Both the position numbers and the translations under genes were made by a program. Source: Okamejei kenojei (Eukaryota). Taken from it: a DNA stretch of 64,000 nt. This document shows positions 26,219-36,053 of this stretch, piece after piece (within the stretch, counting starts at the first letter, position 1; every line of letters starts with the position of its first letter). The DNA lies in assembly GCA_035221665.1 (NCBI GenBank), contig CM069174.1, forward strand, positions 10,230,001 to 10,294,000, in the 5' to 3' direction. The notes below the pieces were generated by a model that did no database searches, had not been told where the DNA came from, and saw only the letters and a list, made by a program, of their open reading frames with translations.

Positions 26219-27317
26219 TGACCCATTTTACTGGTGCACCTGAAAATTAATCCTGATATTTGATGCTGGGCTTCATTCAGAATTGAAGGCTATAAACTGG
26301 CATTTATCTATGCCTCTGCCCATAAATGCGACTTGCCTTGGACCATTTAGTTTAATAGTTCATTCGTATGACTGTGAAAACGTTCTGCCACTGGTATTGT
26401 TTTGCATGTCCAAAAATAACTCTGACCTGCTCCCATTTCTTCACATTAACAGGTCAGATGGTGCAAGGAAGGAAATGACCACACAAATGCCATCCAAACA
26501 ATGACTCGATTATTCTCTGCATATAAAAGGGAGGGTGGATGAAAGAATGTACATGTATCTTTCGTTATTTCATTCATCAGAATTTCCAGTTTCTAGATAT
26601 GCGGCGGATGTTTCATGGATGAGTGACATGTACTAATGGCATGCTCAAAGCTGGGAGATTGTGGATACAGTCTCCTATCCACTCAACACTGCCCACTCCT
26701 TTTGTAAAAGGAAAGCTGTGTGACTCGGGTAGAATGGATTTTTGTCACAGCAAATAGTGGTAGTTGGCTTCAGTTATTCCTTCTCCCCACTCCAGTCTGG
26801 CAGAAGGTACAGAAGCTTGAAAGTGTACACCACCAGACACGGGAACAGCTTCTTCCCCTCTGTTATCAGACTTCTGTTGGGTCCTTCCATAGGCTAGGGT
26901 ACTGTTTGATTCACCTCTACCCCATTGTGAACACTGGACTGTCTAAGGAACTGATGCGCTACAATGCTGAGAACTATATTCTGCACTCTGTGTCTTTCCC
27001 TCTGCTTTACCTAGAGTCATACAGCACAGAAACGGGCCATTCAGCCCAACTCATCCATGCCATCTAAGCTAATCTCATTTGCTTGCATTTGGTCCATATC
27101 AATCTCAATCTAAACCTTTCCTATCAGTACCTATTGTACTCGAGTTTGATTGGATTGTATTTATGGATGGTATTATCTGATTTGATTGGATTGCAAAATG
27201 AAAATAAAATAATGTGGTATTCTTTAACACTTAAATCAAATGCCTGAAAAGGAAAATTGGATATTATCTCTGTCTATTGGAAAATGAATATTTTGCGTTG
27301 TTTAATTTAATTTGCAG

Positions 27318-27474
27318 GATTTTAAATACAACACTCTTTGAAAGTTGGGAGATCATTGGGCCATACCCCTCCTGGTGGGTCTTCAACGTGCTGTTGCTGC
27401 TACTACAGGTTCTACACGCCATTTGGTCATATCTCATTCTACGCATTGCATACAAGGCTGTCGTGAAGGGAAAG
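27318..27474 (+). CDS. CERS5: Ceramide synthase 5, penultimate constitutive exon (157 nt)
   Basis: ttgcAG|G ATT...AAG|GTaat; [52 protein letters not shown]. Phase matches the previous exon. Confidence 0.97.
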
Positions 27475-30400
27475 GTAATTTTGAAAACCTTTAGCAGTAG
27501 AGTTTTTTTTTTGTTGTTCTCGGCAGAACTTCACTATTTCTGATCATCAATTGTAGCTTCAAACACCAGGTCCATGTGAGACTTGCTAGTCTCCTTAGGG
27601 TGAGAAAGCTGGAGGTTTCGTGTAATGGGCATGATGGGTGGGGGGCGAAGGTGGTTGCAGAGTGCCCTGAGGGAGGGAGCAAAGGCTTGAGTTTCTGTAA
27701 GCCCTGTAATTAATTGACCTTCATCATCCTGCCAGACCCCACTTAGCCTGTGCTGTAACTTGGACCTTCTATATTTCGGTCTCACTTAACCAGGCAGTGT
27801 ATGTGTGTTGGTTGATCTGTGGATGAGGAAGAGTTGGGGGTTCAGAAACATTCATATCTATTCCTTGCTGATCTTGTGGAAACACCAATGGTGACTGTTA
27901 AAGTCTCAGTAGGACATTCTGGAAGAAGACTGGTGGTGGGTATAAAGAGAACCAGTATAAAGTGTGCCTTCAGAACGATATATTTATAAAAATGGCCGTG
28001 GGGGTGGTCCCCGGAAGGGCAGTCTTGTAATTCCCAGGGAGTGTCAATGGTGTTGGATGTGATCCAGTGTTAAACGGAGCGCCTCATCCGTGCCATCATG
28101 TCGATGTGATAACCATTATTGGAAGCAGAGCCAACAGTACTCTGGGTGACGGTAGTCACAGCCAGCGTTACTCTGAGGGTCCTTGCCAAAGGCCTTCTGC
28201 GAATTGAGATGTATTGCAGTATTCTTGTCTCGTCTTTCTGTTAGATCTTCAAAGAATTTGTGAAAATGGTCAGCAAAGGGTGTTCCTTTTCTAAAGTCCA
28301 CGCTGATTATTCATTATGTAGCCCATTTCTCGAAGGCTTTCTATTTAATCCCTGAGTAGAGATTCCATTAATTTTTTTCTCCTGCTGATAGCAAGTTTAC
28401 TGTCGATAGTTGGCTTGCCATCTTCTATCGCTCTCTTTTCTTGGCTATCAGCCAGTTCTCTGACACTTACTGAATTATTAAATCTGTCATGGTGCCAATG
28501 TTATCTCTTCCCTGGATTCTTTCAAAATGCATTGAAGTAATTGACCTGGAACGGGCATTGTATTCTCCCCCTTGTTTCTCTTTTTTTGCATAATAAAGTG
28601 CAATTATCTGTTCTAATTTTGTTCGGCGCTCATCTTGTTTTGATCTGTCTACCTGGTAATGCTAAAGCAAAATAATTCTGCAATATTTTTGCATTTTGCA
28701 ATTGTTAATTGTGACTTCAGTATGCTTATCCCATTCCAACTTTTCTTGCTATTTACATGCCTGTTGATTATGTTACTATTTGATTCCATGGCATTTTAAC
28801 ATCATGTTAAAATCCTGTTCCTACTGGCCTCCCATTGTTTCTTTGACATCTGTTTGCATTCTGTCCTGTCCTGTCCCGTTTGTACCTCCTTGCAGTCGGC
28901 TTTGTCCTTGTGAATTTGTCATAAATATTATACACACAGAAACAGGCCCTTCATCCCACCACATTCATGCTGGCCTTTTTGCCTATCTACATTCCACCTA
29001 TTTGCCTGCATTAGGATGGTATTATTCTGTGTCTTGCCTTTTGTGTCTGTCTAAATGCTTCTTAAACATAGTAATCATATCTGATTCTACCACCTCCTGA
29101 ATCCATGGTGTCTTGTTCATCGTTATATTGTTCATTTATAACAAATACATAATTCTTGTACTCTTAACACTATGAAATGTGGTTCATTGTATTCTATGTT
29201 ATTCCTTACCAATATTGTTACCCACAACTGTTTTGATAGCCCCTCATAATTGAGCTTTTCTTTGGTCCATTGCCCCACTTTGTCGTTTTCAATTATTATT
29301 TTAGAATGTATTATATGGTCACTATTGCCTTAATGTTACCCACTTCTATATCTATGGTTCATTCTCTATTACTAAATTTGGTAGCAAATATTCTTTCAGC
29401 AGGCTATTTAAGTGGTCTGACCAATTAATTTGGGGTTAGCTGAGAATCTGCATTTTTTTTTTAATATAAATCTTCTCTTTTGCATACATCTGCTGTTGGT
29501 GCTCTGGAGATGAGCCTATGGCTGGATTGATTCTGACTGTCTTATACTGCGTCACTTTTTTTCCTCTCCACCATTATATTATCTTTTAGGTGCAACTAGT
29601 GTAACCTTTCAAGAGACTGAGCACTTTTGCTCCCTTAAGGGAAACCAAAGATGGGCAGTAAATACTCTCGCCAGCCATACCCACATCCCATAAATGAATG
29701 CAAAGGATTGCTTGGCATTAAGTGCCATTTTTACAGAGGGTTGAGATCCGATTTTGTTTGTTAATTTATTTAACCACAAGAAGCACTAGCTTTGTGATCT
29801 TGTGTTTGCCGCCACTCAATAACATCTTGCTCTTTATAGACTGGCACAAATAACGTACCCAGCAAAGGCACAGGACCTCTGACTGAATTTAGCAGGGGCA
29901 TGTAGCTGGTGGCACTCGCTCTGCCTGAAGGTTCTGCCCATGTCGGTGGTGCCTCACTAACATTAGTTTGGGGGAGGGGGAGGAGGAGAGGGAGAAATCT
30001 CAGAGTGCCTCTGCGTGTTTCCGTGGGAACAGGATGTGGGAAGGGTGAAGAAGAGATTTTTTCAAAAATATCTTGAGGTTATTGTCTGACGTGTTTCCTT
30101 TGTAATGCCACTTGCATGAGTGTGACCCTGGAATACACATACAGCCCTGTCAGTACACTAGATACTTCGAATTTCAACTTTCACCAAATAACAGTAAGCA
30201 GCGCTCTTGTTGCCCATGAGACCCAGCAGAACACCAACCAGTGCCACACGCTCTCTGCCCTGGCCGATCTTGTATTGTAAACCTGCCAATTGAATGAACT
30301 TTTTATACATACTGACCCTCTGCAAGCTCAACTAGCTATTTTCTTTTCTTTTCTTCTCACTTTCTGTCGGGTTTGACTGAGAGAAAAGATTAGAAACTAT

Positions 30401-30537
30401 AGCGATTTTCTTTTTCACTCCTCTCTATTTAAGCCATTATTTTCCTCCCACTTAAAATTCTAATTGAAAGTCAGACATGGACTATTTTTTAGTTGAATTT
30501 TAACTGACTCGCTGGATTTTGTTTTTTTTTTTGCAAG

Positions 30538-30639
30538 ATTCAGTATTTCAGGCTTTCACTTGAATACAGGAGCAATGGATTCAGGCTGATGCCAGTGGTG
30601 GATGAATTTGTAATTCATAACTCTGCTCTCCGATCGTGA
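30538..30639 (+). other. Candidate alternative CERS5 exon (in-frame 33 aa then stop, or 98-nt cassette)
   Basis: Branch-like TAACTGAC, long poly-T tract, then AAG|ATT; IQYFRLSLEYRSNGFRLMPVVDEFVIHNSALRS*; donor-like GTGAGC at 30636. Confidence 0.45.
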
Positions 30640-30811
30640 GCACGCAGCTGTTCTTGGTGTTGCGTTTCTTCTGTGTGTTTCTGTGTATATGTAACTGTGC
30701 AAGAATTTCTTGAGCAGCTTTTCCGTGGTGTAAGATGTGGTTTCATTTTTGTTTCTGTCTCTTCTTCCCCCACCCTTTTGCTTTGTTTGAATTCTCTTTC
30801 TATCACTGTAC

Positions 30812-30835
30812 ACCGGGAAGCGGGACCTTTTGCAT
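30812..30835 (+). other. 24-nt microexon-like sequence (TGKRDLLH) resembling the CERS6 alternative exon; acceptor is AC, not AG
   Basis: ACC GGG AAG CGG GAC CTT TTG CAT|GTAAGT after a long pyrimidine tract; lies between the GK and VSKDD exons. Confidence 0.6.
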
Positions 30836-32179
30836 GTAAGTGTTGCAACTGTTGGAGTCAGCCGCCTGACTATTTTGCTGTGCAACCCTCCCCTGCTTTG
30901 CATGGCTAAGTAGATTTGCTGAAATGTACCACTGTGCTACAATGCCCTTCTGCTTTGCACGATTATAACTAGCACCTTGCAGCCTGAAGTAACAGCATGG
31001 GACCACCTGAACAGCCAACTAGAGGCTGTAACCACTGCCAGTAATTAACTTAATGCTGCTTTACCGGTCACCAAAAGTGAAATCATACTGATATCCTCGG
31101 CCATTCTTTGTACAAAGCTTTCCATTTATCCTGGTATGGCTTTAATATTTTGGGCACCAGCAACTATCTCATCTGAGGCCATTCCACTGTTGGGGATTTC
31201 CAGCTTTTTTTAAAACGTGGATTATCATGCTGTTTTTTGAGCTGATTGATACTTTGTTATCACATGTGACATGTCACATTGAAATTCTTTGTTTTACATC
31301 CCCCTTTGTTCTCGTAAGTGTGAGTTGCCCAATTTGTTAATGATTCCACTGCCTTCCCTGGTCCTCTCACACAGGATGGCAAAGCTTCAACTCCAACCCT
31401 TGCTTTCTGCTGTTAATTGTTCTCCAGTGCGATTTAAGGCACTGAGGTCTAATGAGAGCTGCACACTTGTCCTGGCGATCCTGGAGGTGAGCAGGTCACG
31501 AGGCGTTCAGTTCAAGGGGTTTAGATTAAGTGGCGTATTGTGGGGGCTGGAGGTGGTGGCTGATCTCGTAACCTGGAGCAGATTCCCTCACCACTGATGC
31601 CGCAAGCATCCCCTCAACCAGACCAGCCATGTAAACAACGTGGCTACGGGCTGGTCAGAAACTCTGGATCCTGTAACAGGCACCAATTTTCTCCCCCGGC
31701 CCCAGACCTCTTATCTGAATTAACATGCCAAAGTAAATATTTTCTTAAAAGGATGGAGAGAAAGTGGCCTTTTACAGTAACATGCCAATTTTAGATGAAG
31801 CCTCTGTCCCCCCTGTTGGTCGGCCTGTCTGAACCAGGCACTGAGACGATGGAGAGGACAGGAGGCATCTTTCCCACCGTTGGATGGTGCTTGGCTTCTG
31901 TTTGGCTTCCTTCCACACTGGCATAAGAGCCCAAGTACATGTCATGCTGGCCTGGAAAATTCACTAATTCCTTTCCCCTTCCTGTACAAAACGTTAATCA
32001 ACAATTGACACTTTTTTTAAAAACATGAATTTTCCTGCATTAATGAATAGAACTTAGCTCTTCAGAAGGGACAGGCTTCCAAAAGGCAGATCGTTTGTTG
32101 TCTAATGGGGCTGGTAAGCGACTCTCTTCACCAATGTTTTATGCATCAGTTTTGTATCTGTTTCACCAAAATAGTTTTG

Positions 32180-32705
32180 TGATTCAAGATTCAATTTAAT
32201 TGTCGCATGTACCAATTAAGATACAGTGAAATTTGAGTTGCCATACTAAGTAAAAAGCAAAAATACACATAGCACATAACATAAAGTTTAACATAAACAT
32301 CCACCACAGTGGAATCAACAGTCCTCACTGTGATGGAAGGCAATAAATTTCAGTCATCTTCCTCCTTTGAACGGGGCCGTTGCTGCTGGTCCGCTGTTCA
32401 AGCTCTCTCATCCGGATGATCGAAACTCCAGCGTCGGGACGGATCGGAACACACCGTGCATGGAGCTCCTGAGTCAACCTCTGCTTCACAGGCCCTGCGG
32501 TCGAAGCTCCAACACTGGCGATCCTAGGCAAAAGATCCTAGGCTCCGTGATGGTAAGTCTGAGTGGCATCCGTGACTTGAAGCACCGGGCCAGTATCCAG
32601 GAAAGGTCACACCACTCCACGTTGTAGGCCGCAAAAGGGGGGGGGGGGGCGCGGAGATGCGACATGGAGAAAAATCCCACCTCCATCGAGGTAAGTTTCA
32701 CACAA

Positions 32706-32738
<33 letters not shown>

Positions 32739-32870
32739 ACATAAAACATACCAAGTGAGATTAAAACAAACATTCAAGACGTACTTAAAATAATAAAAAC
32801 AGAGAAGTGACAAGATAGACTGCTGGTGGGGCGGCCATTACGGGCGCCACCCGGTGGCACCTGCATCTCA
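32180..32870 (-). mobile_element. Non-LTR-derived repeat with GC-rich body and a LINE-like 3' end
   Basis: - strand 3' end (TTTCACTGTA...GTACATGCGACAAT...TGAATCTTGAATC) resembles ends at ~6715-6750 and 52830-53030; CpG-rich body. Confidence 0.5.
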
Positions 32871-33075
32871 GAGATCCAAAATGCGATGAGATGTGTGCAA
32901 ATGTGTGTATCATTCCCCGTGCCATAATATAAATCTACATTTTTTTTAAACTTCGGTCTGTGTTTCTAAGTTTTAAAAATTATTGCATTTTTTTTCATGC
33001 AATGGGAGTTTTTACACAGTTGCAAAGATGGCCTTCGAAAACTGGAATGCTGTTCGGGCAAATCCTCTACTAAAG

Positions 33076-33168
33076 GGTACACAAAAGGCTGGAGAAACTC
33101 AGCAGGTGCAGCAGCATCTAAGGAGCGAAGGAGATGGGCGACGTTTCGGGTCGAGACCCTTCTTCAGA
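33076..33168 (-). mobile_element. ~93-nt Penelope-derived hammerhead-motif element with 11-bp TSD
   Basis: Flanked by CTCTACTAAAG (33065-33075 and 33169-33179); hammerhead motif at 33140-33170. Confidence 0.85.
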
Positions 33169-33591
33169 CTCTACTAAAGCATAGTTTTGTGTGTGTTCAC
33201 CCCCCCGAGGAGTTGGAAATTCTGGCATTTCCATGAGGGATTCATTCCTCAGTGTGCTTTGTGCAAGTTGCCTTTCAGTAGGCTTTCCGTACGTTGTTTA
33301 ACGTACCAGCAGACGAGAAGCATGTGCTGTGGGAAGCAAGCTGACCACCTGGGAGGAGCCCGAGGCACATGAGCGACTGATACAGAGAATGTGGCTGCTT
33401 GCAGCCTGGCCTGTTGCAGACTGCCACCTGCTGGCTTGTGTGAAAGGACAATCACCCTCTATATCCCCTGCTGGTCCACTGGTGCTAGTGGCATCGATGG
33501 GGCCGGCAAATCCAAGAGTGAATGAGGTTTCTGAGTTGCTACCTGCTGTGCCCTTTCTCAAAACCAACCAAATAACAACCTCAGTCGCTCA

Positions 33592-34568
33592 ACTATCCCG
33601 CTTTTGGCGGGATATTCCCGCTTTTTAGGTTCCCTTCCCGCCATCCCGATTTGTACCCTAATTATCCCGCTAAATTCTTCCTCCCGTGGTGAACGCCGGC
33701 GCCATGTGTCCCCGGTTTGCCGGCCTGCGCGATCAGCGGCACTTTGCCGGGCCCTAGTGGCCGCGCGTGCGCAGTGGGGGAGGGTTGCCGGGCCCCAGTG
33801 GCCGCGCGTGCGCAGTGGGGGAGGGTTGCCGGGCCTGGCGCCATTTCGAGCCACGCCACGCCCGGCCCAGAGCCCGGGCGGCGCCGGCCCGCGCGATCAG
33901 CGGCACTTTCTTGCCGCCAGCCGGCCGCCAGCCGGCCGCTCGCGGCAGCCCCATCACCGGGGGTACACAAAAAGCTGGAGAAACTCAGCGGGTGCAGCAG
34001 CATCTAAGGAGCGAAGGAGATAGGCGACGTTTCGGGTCGAGACCCTTCTTCAGCTAGAAGAAGGGTCTCGACCCGAAACGTCGCCTATCTCCTTCGCTCC
34101 TTAGATGCTGCTGCACCCGCTGAGTTTCTCCAGCTTTTTGTGTACCCTCGATTCTCCAGCATCTGCAGTTCCTTCTTTAAAGCCCCATCACCGGGCCTCC
34201 ACCCCCACCCAGTGCGCAGGCGCAGACCCGCCGGCAACCTGGCCAAGTGCGCATGTGCCGCACCCGCCCGCCGGCAGCCCGCTGATCTGCACCAGTGCGC
34301 AGGCGCATAGCCGCCGGCAACAACCCCAAGTGAGAGAAATTAAGTGAGTCTAGTGCCAAGTTTATCAAAGTTTAACAAAGAATTATAAATGTTTCAGCAT
34401 ACATGTACCTTTTTCACATTTTGGCATTTAAAATACTTCTTCACAATTTAGAATTTGTGACATGGGACCCCGAATAGGGCGCCGCGACATATTATGAATT
34501 TTCATTTAAAAATATGAATTTTGAGGGGAAATATTATGAATTTTGACAATCAAATGTTGGGAGGTCTG
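33592..34568. mobile_element. GC-rich non-autonomous element (possibly hAT-like) flanked by a 22-bp direct repeat
   Basis: AAATAACAACCTCAGTCGCTCA at 33570-33591 and 34569-34590; internal ~39-bp tandem repeat at 33756-33836; right end GTTGGGAGGTCTG. Confidence 0.7.
33962..34180. mobile_element. Palindromic Penelope-derived element with 15-bp TSD, nested in the GC-rich element
   Basis: ~90-bp perfect inverted arms (33961-34051 and 34057-34147); TSD AGCCCCATCACCGGG at 33947-33961 and 34181-34195. Confidence 0.88.
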
Positions 34569-35620
34569 AAATAACAACCTCAGTCGCTCAGTTATTGCTT
34601 AAGATTTTTATTTTTAAAGTGTGATTATCAGTGTTCTGCAGATCTGGCGTTGTCTTCAACTGATTATAAATTCACAGGCTTTAAACTGGTGTTGCTTGGG
34701 AACCACAGTGTAAGAGGAAGGAAGCATTTTGACCCATCACCCTGTGCAATCTAGTCAGTCCATTCCCACAGCTCTGTTCACAAGAGTCCTGCACATTTCT
34801 TTGGTTAAAGTCCCTTTGTGTAAGTAGTGCTTCTGCCACTTTTTCAGGCAGTGACATTTATATCTGGAATCCAGACAATGAAAAAACCTGAAACTCTGTT
34901 CCTCTCTACACAGATGCTGCCTGACCTGCTGAGTGTATCTAGCATTTTCAGCTTTTATTTTGGATTTGCAGCATCTGTAATTTTTTTTTTTGTTTAATTT
35001 GTATTTAAAGTGAATTCCAAATCGCCGCTGCTTGTTGTGTGGAAATATTTTATTACGTCTCCTTTAGCTTATTTTGCCGCTTGCCTTAAAATCTTGTCCC
35101 GTTGCTCTTGATTCTTCTACAAATGGGGACGGTTTATTTCCCTTCTATCGCTATCGAGACCCTCTTGAATACTCTTATCAAATCACAAATGACTTCTGAC
35201 AGGACCGTTCAGTAGTCTGATAACGGCGAGGAAGAAGCTGTTTCTGAGTCTGGTGCAAAGGATACAGTAAAATGTAGTTTTTACAAAAGTGTTCACTTTC
35301 TCTTGCTGACTTAGTTTCTCAGAGGTTGACTGATGGGGTGGGGAGGCTGGATAAATGCTGGGGGTGAGGGGTGGTGCTGGGTGAGTGCCGGTGGTGAAAC
35401 CCTGTGAAGGATCTGGAATCTTCTGCCAACTCCTTCGGTGGGCAACTTCGACTGACATGAAAGAAAAGTTTTTTATCTTGGTTTCAGTCACATCACTTTT
35501 AAAGGGGAATCTTATTGAGAATCCTTTAATTTGCCATAGTCCTGTTTACACAAGTTCTGACTGTATAGGCATATTTCACACTTAATCTGTGAGTGAGAAA
35601 AGTTTACCCCACTTTACCCC

Positions 35621-35679
35621 ACATTTATAACGTCATGCATACTGCTAATGCATGACGTTATAAATGTCATGCATTAGCA
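35621..35679. repeat. Compound perfect palindrome
   Basis: 20-bp arms 35621-35640 and 35648-35667 with a 7-nt loop, overlapped by 14-bp arms 35644-35657 and 35666-35679. Confidence 0.9.
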
Positions 35680-35834
35680 AACTGGGTCACATGGCTGCGA
35701 CTCCAACAGCCGCCCACCAGCCATGTGACCCAGTTTGTAGCCTAGGACCAATGTTGGTTGTATTGCCCGATTCCGGCTTTTGAAACTGCCGACAGTGGTG
35801 GGTAAATAGTATTCCAACTCTTTCTTCCATCCAG

Positions 35835-36053
35835 GTCTCCAAGGATGATCGCAGTGACATTGAGAGCAGCTCCGATGAGGAGGACGCCTTGACCAATGGC
35901 ACAAAGCTTCATCACCACAGCCCTTTCAAAGGAACCACCAATGCAAATGGGACCAACGGGCATCTAACCACTGGAACATGGGTGGGAGACCATTACATGG
36001 CGTCCTCACGGACTATGTGTAACATGGGTGAGGTACAGAAAGGACAACCTTGA
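35835..36053 (+). CDS. CERS5: Ceramide synthase 5, last coding exon
   Basis: ccatccAG|GTC; VSKDDRSDIESSSDEEDALTNGTK...NGHLTTGTWVGDHYMASSRTMCNMGEVQKGQP*. Contains the DxRSDxE motif and acidic serine cluster. CERS5 rather than CERS6 on sequence and adjacency to COX14. Confidence 0.93.
   Translation, partial: VSKDDRSDIESSSDEEDALTNGTKLHHHSPFKGTTNANGTNGHLTTGTWVGDHYMASSRTMCNMGEVQKGQP

Noticed and set aside
29590-29604. Acceptor-like site followed by GTG CAA CTA GTG TAA
   Set aside because: Pyrimidine tract and AG only; no homology or other support for an exon.
32706-32739. Long poly-C/poly-G runs (also ~13808 and ~18778) giving poly-Gly ORFs
   Set aside because: Homopolymers inside repeats; lengths unreliable; not coding.
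33558-34368. Cluster of 60-139 aa Arg/Pro/Ala-rich ORFs and a CpG-island-like signal
   Set aside because: By-product of the GC-rich insertion and palindrome, not a host gene or promoter.
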